In this document: piece after piece, positions 34,749-44,716 of the stretch
Numbering within the stretch: position 1 is the first letter of the stretch
Layout of the letters: each line of letters begins with the position of its first letter
Origin: Naegleria gruberi
Taxonomy: Eukaryota
DNA: 64,000 nt
Strand: one strand, 5' to 3'
Assembly: GCA_000004985.1 (NCBI GenBank)
Contig: GG738846.1
Made by a program: the position numbers and the translations under genes
The notes under the pieces: generated by a model
The model's database searches: none
Told to the model about the DNA's origin: nothing
The model's input: only the letters and a program-made list of their open reading frames with translations

Positions 34749-36134
34749 ATGAGCGTAAAGACTTTTTCTTGGGAAGAAATTGAAAAGCACAACCATGAAG
34801 GAAGTGCTTGGTTAGTCATTCACGGAAAGGTTTATGATGTAACCAAGTTTATTCCTCAACATCCTGGTGGTGATATGATCTTGTTGGGTGCCGGTAGACA
34901 CTCTACAGAACTCTTCATCAGTCACCATCCAACCAAGACCATCACCAATACTAAATTCTTGGAAAAGTTTTACATTGGAGATGTTGAACAAGAACAATCA
35001 GTTACCAAGGAAATGGTAATCAAACAATACACAAAGCATATTTTCGCTCCTGATAGTCAAACCACGTTCTATGATGAATGTAGAGCTGAAGTCGAAAAAT
35101 ACTTTAAAGAAAATAATTTAACTCCACGTGATGTACCTGCAATGTACTTGAAGACCATTCTCTCCCTCTCTGTTTGGTTCATTTTGTACTTGGCTACCTT
35201 TTATTATTTTAATTCCATAATCCTTTCTTTGCTTGTTGCTATTGTGTGGGGTTGGTCTAATGCCAATATTGGTATGGGTATGATGCACGACGCTAATCAT
35301 GGAGGTTATTCTGATAATCCAACTATTAACAGAATTGTCGGATTGTGTTTCGATATTTTGGGTGGTTCTTCTTTTACTTGGAAGATGATTCACTCTGTTG
35401 GACACCACGTTAATACCAATGTCGAAGAACGTGATCCTGATATTCACACCAATGAACCTCATTTTAGAAAGATTAAGGAAGGTCAAAAACAACACTGGTG
35501 GTATTCATATCAACATATTTATTTGCCATTCCTCTATTGCACTTTACTTTTTGAATTGGCTTTCCGTGACTTTGCTGCCATGATGATTGGTGCTTGGGGC
35601 GGTGTTAAATTCCAACCTGCTCCAAAGAATGAATATCTTCTCTTTGTTTCTTCCAAGATGTGTTGGTTGACTTATTCATTGGCTTTCCCATTAATGTTCT
35701 CTCATCATTCTACTGCTACTGTCTTTATGTTGTGGACCATTGCTTATATGGTTGCTTCATTCATTTTGGTTTTGATGTTCCAAGTCAATCACGTCACACC
35801 ACTTACTGATACTTATCATGTTGAAAATGATGGTATGGTTCATGCTGACTGGGGTGTAACTCAAGTCAGTGGTTCTAGTAACTTTGCTTGTCGTTCTTGG
35901 TTGTGGAATCACATTAGTGGTGGTTTGTGTCATCAAACCGAACACCATCTTTTCCCAACTATTTGTCACATTCACTACCCTCAAATTCAACCAATTGTTG
36001 AAAAGTGTGCCAAAAAGTATAACATTAGATATAACGCTTATCCATCTTTCTGGGACGCTGTTGTTGGTCACTTTACCTTATTGAAGGAAATGGGTGCACA
36101 AGGAAAGAAAGTTACCGGATGGAAAGATTTGTAA
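34749..36134 (+). CDS. Front-end (delta-5/delta-6 type) fatty-acid desaturase with N-terminal cytochrome b5 domain
   Basis: 461 aa. It has the cytochrome b5 HPGG motif (FIPQHPGGD) and three His boxes (HDANHGG; HSVGHHVNTN; QTEHHLFP, where the Q-for-H substitution is typical of front-end desaturases). There are multiple transmembrane segments. Confidence 0.9.
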   Translation: MSVKTFSWEEIEKHNHEGSAWLVIHGKVYDVTKFIPQHPGGDMILLGAGRHSTELFISHHPTKTITNTKFLEKFYIGDVEQEQSVTKEMVIKQYTKHIFAPDSQTTFYDECRAEVEKYFKENNLTPRDVPAMYLKTILSLSVWFILYLATFYYFNSIILSLLVAIVWGWSNANIGMGMMHDANHGGYSDNPTINRIVGLCFDILGGSSFTWKMIHSVGHHVNTNVEERDPDIHTNEPHFRKIKEGQKQHWWYSYQHIYLPFLYCTLLFELAFRDFAAMMIGAWGGVKFQPAPKNEYLLFVSSKMCWLTYSLAFPLMFSHHSTATVFMLWTIAYMVASFILVLMFQVNHVTPLTDTYHVENDGMVHADWGVTQVSGSSNFACRSWLWNHISGGLCHQTEHHLFPTICHIHYPQIQPIVEKCAKKYNIRYNAYPSFWDAVVGHFTLLKEMGAQGKKVTGWKDL

Positions 36135-36286
36135 ACTAGATCACAATTTTGAATAAAATTTAATTTATAAATTAATTTTCTTTTTATTAAAAAGCTTATT
36201 ATTTATGCTATTTAAATTATAAATAATAAATTATAAAAAAGCTATTTAAGCTTTATTTTAAACAACATTACATTTATTCTTAAAAA

Positions 36287-37192
36287 ATGGCAGGAAAATC
36301 AAAACGTAAAACACCCTCTAAAAAAACACCTGTTGAAACTTTATCACAACAAAACAAAAAGGAGGGAGAACAATTGAAAAGAAAAAATCCTATTCTAATC
36401 ACAAAACCAATTGTATTAGGAAATTTTGCAGTCGGAATTAAAAAGAAGGATGGTGATCAAACTTGGTGTAAATGGGTTTGTTATGTGAGAGGACTGACTT
36501 TGGATGATGACTTGAGTTATATTTCACAAATTACTTTTCATCTTCATGAATCCTTCAGCCCACCACAGGAAACAATCACCAAAGCACCTTTTGAAGTCGA
36601 AAAGGAGGGATGGGGACAATTTCCTCTACGAATTGAGATACATTTCCACGAATCAAGCGGATTACAGCCACTATCTCTTGACTATGACCTTCAATTACCT
36701 GCGGAAAGTCAAAAAAAGAAGAAAAAACCTTGTGTTTATGAAAAATATGAGGAATTACTTTTCTATGATCCTACAGAGAAATTTGAACAGTTGTTGAGAG
36801 AGAATACAGAGCAAGTTCAAAACTCTGTAAAGAAGATTAAATTATCAACAGAGATGGAATTAAAAAATGCAGATCTATCCGAATCAGAACAAGAAGTCTC
36901 CCCTTTAACATCCAAAAAACCATCGGAGGATATTTCATCTGCACCTTCGAATAGTACTACAACTAATAGGTTATCAATTGCTTCAATGATTGAACAATAT
37001 GCTACAATTATTAAGGAGGAAAATTCTCTTAAAGCACTAAATGAATTGAGTGAAAAACTGAAAGAGAAAATCAAAGAAAAAGAAGACCCATCATTTATCA
37101 AAACCGAAAGTTCTAGAACAAAAACAAAGAAATCTAAAAAGCAAACAAAGAAGGAAAGTAGTGACGAGGATGATAGTGATTATGTTGATTAA
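36287..37192 (+). CDS. YAF9: YEATS-domain protein (Yaf9/GAS41 family)
   Basis: ITKPIVLGNFAVGIKKKDGDQTWCKWVCYVRGL...ISQITFHLHESFSPPQETITKAPFEVEKEGWGQFPLRIEIHF parallels the GAS41 segments IVKPIVYGNVARYFGKK...HTHQWTVYVKP...[38 protein letters not shown]. The C-terminus is a coiled-coil with a Ser/Asp tail. Confidence 0.8.
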   Translation: MAGKSKRKTPSKKTPVETLSQQNKKEGEQLKRKNPILITKPIVLGNFAVGIKKKDGDQTWCKWVCYVRGLTLDDDLSYISQITFHLHESFSPPQETITKAPFEVEKEGWGQFPLRIEIHFHESSGLQPLSLDYDLQLPAESQKKKKKPCVYEKYEELLFYDPTEKFEQLLRENTEQVQNSVKKIKLSTEMELKNADLSESEQEVSPLTSKKPSEDISSAPSNSTTTNRLSIASMIEQYATIIKEENSLKALNELSEKLKEKIKEKEDPSFIKTESSRTKTKKSKKQTKKESSDEDDSDYVD

Positions 37193-37199
37193 TTTATTA

Positions 37200-38315
37200 T
37201 CATGGAATTGAATTCTCTACGGTATTGTTGCTTCCACTATTTCCATACTCTTTCGTCAAGATAAATCTACAAACATAACTAATCTTACAAAACACTTTCC
37301 AATAGTAAACTATTGATTTTAAGCTTGTTCCTTTTGGAGGAGTCATTGTTGAGAGATCAAAAGGATCAGATGGTAATCCTTGACTCTCAAATAAGGTAAC
37401 CACAGCTTGTTGCATGTTATTTAATGGTTGTCTGGGTGCTCCTCCAATAATAAAGTTGCTTGCTGTTGCTAAGAGAGGATTTTGAACCTTAGTGTTTGTT
37501 GAAATTCTTTCTCTGTTTCTATAGAATTGAATGAGTTGCTTGTCCCGTTGGGATTGTTTCTCTAGAAAGGTTAAATTTTGAGAAACAGATTCGATTTTTT
37601 CCTCTAAATCCCTTGTTGCCTTGACAAGTAGAGTGTTTTCCTTTGTTTTCTTTTCAATTTCAGATAAAATTTGTTTGGATTCCACATGCTGAGCTTCATC
37701 TGAATTTAATTGTCTTTTTTTCCTTTCCATTTCCACAAATTTGATTAAGAACTTTTTTGAAGTTTTCCTTAAACTTTTTTTCGTGTTTACTCCTTTTGGG
37801 GCATACCTATCTGTCAAGTTTTTAACTGCCTTCAACGACTTGTGAGATAATTGAGGGATGGGATAGGAAGTCGTATTAAGTTGTATTGGTGTTCCAGGAG
37901 TTGATGATAATGGTGTCAATCGTTTTCCTTCATCTATATGTACACTGTTTCTTCTGGGAGAGAATTTTTCCTTTTTCTTTGATTCCAAATTATTGTTCGA
38001 TAAGGCTATGATTTTACTTTGTATATTTGGTATTGTATTTACATTGGAAGATGTATGTTGATTTGGATCATTGTTTGAAGCGAGAATGGGTGAAGAAGAA
38101 GGGAAGGCATTATTTCCAACTATTGATGTTGTTGTGGTACTAGTAGAATTATTAAGGGATTGAGATTCTTTCCGTAGCAATGCATTATTAGACAATACTC
38201 TACTTTGTGAATCATTTAATTGTTGTTGAATTTGTTGATGTTGCATTGAAAATTGCATCATTAGTGAGGGAGAAGAAAACCCATGACGATTACTCTCCAA
38301 TTTATTTAGAGGCAT
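37200..38315 (-). CDS. Hypothetical 371-aa Ser/Asn/Gln-rich protein with a central basic/coiled-coil segment
   Basis: ATG-initiated ORF with low-complexity termini. A Lys/Arg-rich helical segment (KKFLIKFVEMERKKRQL...LEEKIESVSQNLTFLEKQ) could be a DNA-binding or dimerisation region. No family assigned. Its stop is 7 bp from the YEATS stop on the other strand. Confidence 0.45.
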   Translation of the reverse strand: MPLNKLESNRHGFSSPSLMMQFSMQHQQIQQQLNDSQSRVLSNNALLRKESQSLNNSTSTTTTSIVGNNAFPSSSPILASNNDPNQHTSSNVNTIPNIQSKIIALSNNNLESKKKEKFSPRRNSVHIDEGKRLTPLSSTPGTPIQLNTTSYPIPQLSHKSLKAVKNLTDRYAPKGVNTKKSLRKTSKKFLIKFVEMERKKRQLNSDEAQHVESKQILSEIEKKTKENTLLVKATRDLEEKIESVSQNLTFLEKQSQRDKQLIQFYRNRERISTNTKVQNPLLATASNFIIGGAPRQPLNNMQQAVVTLFESQGLPSDPFDLSTMTPPKGTSLKSIVYYWKVFCKISYVCRFILTKEYGNSGSNNTVENSIP

Positions 38316-38567
38316 TATTTTTTATCTCTAAATTTAATTATTAATAATAAACAGCCACCTGGAAATGTATTGTTTGGAAGAGATAAATATTTCGATTTAA
38401 TTTGATAAATAAATTTATTAATGATGGTGATTTACAAGTGTAAAAAATTAGGGTATGAATAACTAGCAGTGGTCGCTCTAATAACAAGTAAATGATGATG
38501 ATTATTCCAATCTATCATTCGCATGCTATCAGTAAAATTAAATTTGTTTCAATATCTTTCCAATAAA

Positions 38568-39257
38568 TTAAACAACATAACGATATGTAACATATCTGCC
38601 AGCTGTTTCCGAAGAACGAATAATCTTTACAATAGCACCTCTTTGAAGACCATAATATCTTGCAATCGGATCCGTGACCTTCATTCTTGGTAATTGTGTT
38701 TCTTTCAATTTATATCTTTGGAGCAATTCTTCATGTTGGGCCTTGTTGAGTGGAACGTGTTGTGGCACCAAGACATGTTCTGTAATATTTACCAAAAGTT
38801 CAGTTTCCTTGAATGTTTCAAGAATATATCCAATAGCTTGAAGAGCTTCAATTGCTCTCTTAGCTTGAGAGCTGAGATCCTTTTGTTGGAATGAATCAGC
38901 TGGTCTCAAGACAAGAATAGCTCTCTTTACATTGTTATCCTTCATTTTAGAGTGATAATCCTTGATTTGTTTCATACCAATAGCTTTTGTTGCTGGGAAG
39001 AAAACAAATATCATTTCGGAAGGATCATCAGCCATTGATGTAACAATACTAAGTCTGTCTCTTCCTATTGTTGTATACCCACGGGCTTGACCAGATTGAG
39101 AAACATTATTAGGTCCTGTACCAAATTTACTTTCAAATTCAGCAAGGTCCATATTCTTTTCAGATTCAAGAACCATATAACCACGAGCATCCAACATTTG
39201 GAGGACAGTCTTTCTTATTCTCCACAAACGATAGCTTTCAGAATTTGCGTTGTTCAT
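38568..39257 (-). CDS. RPB5: RNA polymerase I/II/III common subunit RPB5 (RPABC1)
   Basis: 229 aa. LWRIRKTVLQMLDARGYMV... and DPIARYYGLQRGAIVKIIRSSETAGRYVTYRYVV are near-identical to the conserved RPB5 N- and C-terminal motifs. Confidence 0.9.
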   Translation of the reverse strand: MNNANSESYRLWRIRKTVLQMLDARGYMVLESEKNMDLAEFESKFGTGPNNVSQSGQARGYTTIGRDRLSIVTSMADDPSEMIFVFFPATKAIGMKQIKDYHSKMKDNNVKRAILVLRPADSFQQKDLSSQAKRAIEALQAIGYILETFKETELLVNITEHVLVPQHVPLNKAQHEELLQRYKLKETQLPRMKVTDPIARYYGLQRGAIVKIIRSSETAGRYVTYRYVV

Positions 39258-39474
39258 TTTTTTTTGAAGTTGGTGAAAAATATTGGCAATCTATTTTTCT
39301 ATGCATAATGATAATGGCAGTTATCAAATAGTAGTTAAACTAAAATTTAAATATTTAATTAAATAATTATGTGATCAAAGTAATAAATAATAAAACCAAA
39401 ACAACATTCATAGTATTCGATTAAAAAATATTATTCAATTCTGAAGAGGAAGGAAAAAATTCGAAGATAAAAAA
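39258..39474. promoter_or_regulatory. 217-bp bidirectional promoter region between divergent RPB5 (minus) and OLA1 (plus)
   Basis: Divergent start codons flank an A/T-rich spacer. Confidence 0.3.
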
Positions 39475-40687
39475 ATGTCAGAATCCAAATTAATTGCTTT
39501 CGGTAGAGTTGCCACCACTCTTGAAATCGGTATTGTTGGTTTGCCAAACGTTGGTAAATCCACCTTCTTCAACGTTTTAACTAATTCTCAAGTTCCTGCT
39601 GAAAACTTTCCTTTCTGTACCATTGATCCAGCCACATCTCGTGTTGCTGTTCCTGATGAAAGATTTGATTGGTTAGTTGGACATTGGCAACCAGCTAATC
39701 ATGTTCCAGCTATCTTGAACGTTACCGATATTGCTGGTTTGGTTAAGAATGCTTCCGAAGGTTTGTATTTAATGTTGTGATGATGTTTATTGTTATTCCA
39801 AAATAATAATAGGTGAGGGTTTGGGTAACGCTTTCTTGTCTCACATTCGTGCCACCGATGCCATCTTCCATATGGTTAGAACTTTTGATTCTAAGAATAT
39901 TACTCACGTAGAAGGTAGTATTGACCCAGTTAGAGACATCAAGATTATTGAAACTGAATTGATTAAAAAGGATATCTCCTACTTGGAAAATATTAGAGGA
40001 CCAACTGAAAAGCTTGCCAAGCAAAAGAAGGAAAAGAAGGATGAATTGGACAGTATTGACAAGGCTCTTGCCATGTTGAAGGAAGGTCGTGAAGTTAGAT
40101 TTGGTGATTGGAATGGAAAGGAAATTGAAATTTTGAATCCTCACCAATTGTTGACTACCAAACCAATGATTTACCTTGTCAACATGACTCCAAAGGATGT
40201 TGTTGATCCAGAAAAGAATGAATGGATTGCCAAGATTAGAGAATATGTCAGCTCAAAGGGTGATGCTGAACCAGTCATTCCATACAGTGCTGCTTTCGAA
40301 AAGAAATGGCAAGAAACTGATGAAGAAAAGAGAAAGGAATTGACAGGAAAGGGTATCACATCCAAGCTTCCAGAAATCATCAAGATTGGTTACAAGACTC
40401 TTAACTTGATTTACTACTTTACTGCTGGTAAGGATGAAGTCAAGGCTTGGACAATTAAGAGAGGTACTAAGGCTCCACAAGCTGCCGGTAAAATTCACTC
40501 TGACTTTGAAAAGGGTTTCATTTGTTGCGAAGTTATGAAGTTTGAAGATTACAAACAATATGGAAGTGAACTTGAATGTAAGAACAATGGTAAACTCAAA
40601 GAAAAGGGTAAAGTTTACGAAGTCGAAGATGGTGACATTATCTTCTTCAAATTCAACACTGCTGGTGGTGGTCCAAAGAAGAAGTAA
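39475..40687 (+). CDS. OLA1: Obg-like ATPase 1 (OLA1/YchF), two exons: join(39475..39760,39813..40687)
   Basis: Exon 1 encodes ...[35 protein letters not shown]...[12 protein letters not shown], ending at the donor G|GTTTGT. The 52-nt intron ends ...aataatag. Exon 2 begins [24 protein letters not shown] and runs through the TGS domain to ...[16 protein letters not shown]. It is nearly collinear with human OLA1. Confidence 0.9.
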
Positions 40688-40786
40688 ATTATAAAGATAA
40701 TTAAATTATTATTATGAATGAAATTATCGATCCGAACCTAAATTGCATCCAATTTTAAAATTGCACAAAAAGTGGAAGAATAAAAA

Positions 40787-42850
40787 ATGGCACCAAATGA
40801 CGTAACAACCTTGAAAGCTTTGGAAACTGTCCACAGTATCAATCCATCCCTCTTTCTTAGTGTATGTAAAGAATTTGATATTAAATTTTATTTAAACATT
40901 GATTTATTCGGAAAATAGGCAAGAAGAGAAGAATTGAAAAATCTCCAAAGAGAAGTGTTATCATCATCAGGAAGTGCTCGTGTATTTCAAAGGCTTCCTA
41001 GATATTCGAGAAGGAGGGCCATGTCAAAAGTTCCTCACCTTCTACCAAGACATTTACGTAATGCAGCTATTAGAGAAATGACTCTTCCGAAACGAGTTAG
41101 ACAAAGAAAAAGAAGAAAGGATTTGAAAAGAAAACAACATAGAAAAGAATTTATTGTTAAATTACATGATTTACCGTCTCTCAATAATGATCAAGAGAAA
41201 AAATCATTTAGACTCTCAACACATTTATATCATGCCAAGAGAATGAAAATGGACGATAGATGGGGATTTAGAATTGCTGTAGAACATATTACGGACAAAA
41301 TATTTAGGAATGGTTACAGATATATGAGGAGACATTGCACTCTTCATGAAAGAAGTTACATGATTTGCTTGCAAATTGAGTTTAATTCAAGTGGAAATGT
41401 GGAAAAACTTTTAAAATCAATGATGCAAATCCATCAAGAATCACAATTACCATTCCATGAGGATTATTTGATTGGAAAAAGAGAGGGAACTTTCGAATGG
41501 TTGGATGATAGTAATTTTACAATTTCACCAGTGGATTTTCTAGTAAAACCTTCTGAATCAGCAAATTGTGCTAATACAATTATGATATGGCTCCATCCAT
41601 CAACTCTTCCAGAGAGCTATCATCACTTGACAGATATAGTTACAAAATTGAATGGAAAAGTACACCACAGAAATGATCTTTCAAGATTTGAAATAAGAGG
41701 GCCATTAACTATGAAAACAATTTCAAATGTCATTAGAATTCACATAGAAGATACAATTAATGAACTAAGACAAAGAAATGGCTCAGATAGTGCAATTAAA
41801 TCAATAGTTAATGAATGGGAAAGAATGAAGACAGACATTCAAATGGCAACGTCCCTCCCATCAGATATGGTTCTAGGTTTCATGGCAAAACATCCAATCT
41901 ATACATCGTCATTTAATTCAACGTTTGAAGATTACAAGAGAGAGTCTCGTTTATTGGCAAACGCTGTCACACCAAACACATCTTACACTTCTCCAAATCA
42001 TGAAGAGAATCTTAATGCATTACAAAAAAAGATTATGGTAAATATACCAAACCAATTGAATGATATTGGATTAATTTGGAGTCATTCAGAATGTAAAGAG
42101 AGATATCATTTTCCATATTTAAGAAAAAATAAGAGGACTAAAAAGTTGTATACTCAAGGTGCAGAAGGTCCAAGGTCTTTCCCAGTTATTTTGATACAAA
42201 AAACGTCTAGTTTGAATAGTGGAAGCACAATGGGAGGTGGATTTGATATTATTTTACCAACAGTAGACGTTTCTGCTCATGTTTGGTCGAAATTGTCTGA
42301 ACAAAAGAATACTATGGTTCTTCCACTTTTAGATAGGAATAGACTCTTACTAGAACAGGGTAAACGTGTATTTCCAGATGACTATCCTTCCAGTCAAGCT
42401 TTTCAAAGAATGGCAATTGAAAAGGAAGAATCAATGGAAACATTAATTCAGAATCTTTCTTGCCCTCTTCCTTCTTTCAGATCTATTCACATTTTTGGTA
42501 TTTGGGGAGGAAGCTTGGCGCCTTTTGATACCATTCACTTGCCAACCAATCCAACTCAAATCAAAGAGCTACTGAAAAGAGCCAAACCAAAATCTAAAAA
42601 GGGAGAACTAGATACCAAGATGCATGCTATACACAATTCTCTCATTGATACAACTTGTATTGGATTTGTGACTTCTGCCAATTATTCACTTTTGCGAGGT
42701 AAAAAGTTTGGAATTGGTTTCATTACGGCCAATTCAAGCCAACAACTTCCCTTCATACCAGGGCATCACCAAAACTTAATTCTTATCAAGAGAAAAGAAA
42801 AATCCAATGAATACTTTTATCCTTTTCAGGTTGCTGTTACCTCTAAATAA
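40787..42850 (+). CDS. POP1: POP1 (RNase P/MRP protein subunit), two exons: join(40787..40861,40919..42850)
   Basis: Exon 1 encodes MAPNDVTTLKALETVHSINPSLFLS, ending at the donor |GTATGT. The 57-nt intron ends ...gaaaatag. Exon 2 begins ARREELKNLQREV...LPRHLRNAA...THLYHAKRMKMDDRWGFRIA (the POP1 N-terminal signature THxWHAKRfxM..WG). Later conserved POP1 blocks follow. The track's 40934 start is a TTG. Confidence 0.75.
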
Positions 42851-42866
42851 ATATTTTAGTTTAATT

Positions 42867-43718
42867 TTACAAGTTTTTGGTTGATAATGAGCTTTGAGCT
42901 TGACTCACAAGTCTTTTTGCTTCTTCCTTTTGTTTTTCAAGTTCTTCAATACGTTTCCTCATTTCCTCAATTTCCCTTGTCAATTGCAAGACAGTGTTAG
43001 AAGTTTTTTCATTCTTAATTTTAAGCTCTTGGTTTTGATTTGAAAGCGACGAGAGGGAAGATACAGAAACTGATCCAATTTTACAAATAATGAAATTAAA
43101 ATTATACTTACTATTTGAGTTTTTAGCTCTACAAACAATTCTGTCAGTGTCTGTGATATCCTTCATTGAATTAATAGGTTGTAAAATAAATAATTCCAAA
43201 TCTTCTCGTTTTATGCTATTGTCAAGTTCGGCCTCAATTCGTGCCTTGACATCTTCAGTATCTGCAGAATCCAAGCTTAGTGTACATAAATTAGGGATTA
43301 ATAGGTCAACGGAAAGTTGGTCAGTTTTAACAGTTGTAGGAGCTGATTTGCTGACATCAGCATTCGACATGCTAGGAAGTTTCAAACTAAATTTTGGAAT
43401 TGTTGGGGATGTAATGGTAGCTTTTGGAGATTCTTCCATATCCTCACTGTCAAATTCGTCTTCCTCTTCAACTTGAATTTTTCTTCCTGATGAATCCCCT
43501 CCTATTCCACTCAAATTTAAACTAAATCCACCAGTGCGAGCAGCACCACCAAGTTGAAGTGATGGTACTTTTGCTACTTGATCTTCACTGGTATCCATAC
43601 TATTTTCACCTGTTGTTAGAGATGATTCCGGAGTGGTAGTTGATGTTGCAGTTGATGATGATTCCAAACTTGTCTCATCTTTTTTCGTTAACGCACCCAT
43701 ATTCAAAGAGAGCTTCAT
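42867..43718 (-). CDS. Hypothetical 283-aa protein with a Ser/Thr-rich N-terminus and a C-terminal coiled-coil
   Basis: ATG-initiated ORF with no assignable family. Its stop is 16 bp from the POP1 stop on the other strand. Confidence 0.45.
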   Translation of the reverse strand: MKLSLNMGALTKKDETSLESSSTATSTTTPESSLTTGENSMDTSEDQVAKVPSLQLGGAARTGGFSLNLSGIGGDSSGRKIQVEEEDEFDSEDMEESPKATITSPTIPKFSLKLPSMSNADVSKSAPTTVKTDQLSVDLLIPNLCTLSLDSADTEDVKARIEAELDNSIKREDLELFILQPINSMKDITDTDRIVCRAKNSNSKYNFNFIICKIGSVSVSSLSSLSNQNQELKIKNEKTSNTVLQLTREIEEMRKRIEELEKQKEEAKRLVSQAQSSLSTKNL

Positions 43719-43850
43719 TTTTTTTAATTTAATTTTTATTAAAATATATATTATTTTAAATATTAAACAAATTGTAATGTTCTTTAATTTAGATTGATAC
43801 TATTTGTATCTTTGGATTCTCTAAAGAACGTTGGTTTAAATTTAAAAAAA

Positions 43851-44622
43851 ATGAAATTCAGCAAGCTTGTCGATCCATCAATTGTTAACTATGTTCGTGA
43901 TCATTGCGTAAGGGAGAGCACAGAACAGACAGAGTTGAGAAGAGTTACTGGAGAAAAGCTTGAAGATAAATCAAGAATGATTTCAAGCCCAGAACAAGTG
44001 AGTACACTTTCAATTCCGATCATCACAACAATTATATATTAAATTAATATTGATTCAATTTATTCGAGATGGCATTATTGCAATTGTTGTTGAAATTGAC
44101 TGGAGCAAAAAAGATATTAGAGATTGGTTGCTTCACTGGTTATAGTGCCCTTTCATTTGCTCTTGCCACAGAAGCAACAAAAGCAACCATTGTTACTCTT
44201 GATGTGAGTTCAGAGTTTGTTGATATTGGAAGAGAATTTTGGGATAAGGCAGGTGTTAGTGATAGAATTACAACAATGATTGCTCCTGCTTTGGACAGTT
44301 TACAAGTTTTGAAGAATAATAATGAAACTTTTGATTTTGTTTTTATTGATGCAGACAAGTAAGTGATTGACTATTGTTGAATATTAATCTTGTTAGAGTC
44401 AATTATCCAAAATATGTTGATTTGGTCTATGATTTAGTCAATTCAAACGGTTTGGTGGTCATTGATAATACATTATGGTCTGGTAGAATATTAGATGAAC
44501 AAGATACAACCCCAGAAACTCAAGCCATCAGAGAATGTAATGATAAGGTAAGGGATGACTATAGATGGGATATTGCATTGGAGATTATTGCTGATGGAGT
44601 GTTTTTCCTTAGAAAAAAGTAA
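43851..44622 (+). CDS. Class I SAM-dependent O-methyltransferase, family 3 (caffeoyl-CoA OMT/COMTD1-like), three exons: join(43851..43997,44069..44358,44397..44622)
   Basis: Exon 1 encodes MKFSKLVDPSIVNYVRDHCVRESTEQTELRRVTGEKLEDKSRMISSPEQ, with donor |GTGAGT and a 71-nt intron. Exon 2 encodes MALLQLLLKLTGAKKILEIGCFTGYSALSFALA...FDFVFIDADK, with donor AA|GTAAGT and a 38-nt intron. Exon 3 encodes VNYPKYVDLVYDLVNSNGLVVIDNTLWSGR.... This is collinear with plant CCoAOMT (QFLNMLLKL..EIGVYTGYS...FDFIFVDADKDNY...GGVIGYDNTLWNG). Confidence 0.75.
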
Positions 44623-44646
44623 ATAAAAATCTCTGGAGTTCAATCT

Positions 44647-44716
44647 AAGTATTATAATATATGAGAATACTTATATTGAAGTATGAGACTCAAGTATTAT
44701 ATATGAGAATACTCAT
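44647..44716. repeat. Two copies of an approximately 25-bp direct repeat (aagtattata[a]tatatgagaatact[t/c]at) in the 74-bp convergent 3' spacer between the OMT and POT1 genes, running into the POT1 stop
   Basis: Copy 1 lies at about 44647-44674 and copy 2 at about 44692-44716. Possible 3'-end processing or termination element shared by convergent transcripts. Confidence 0.45.
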
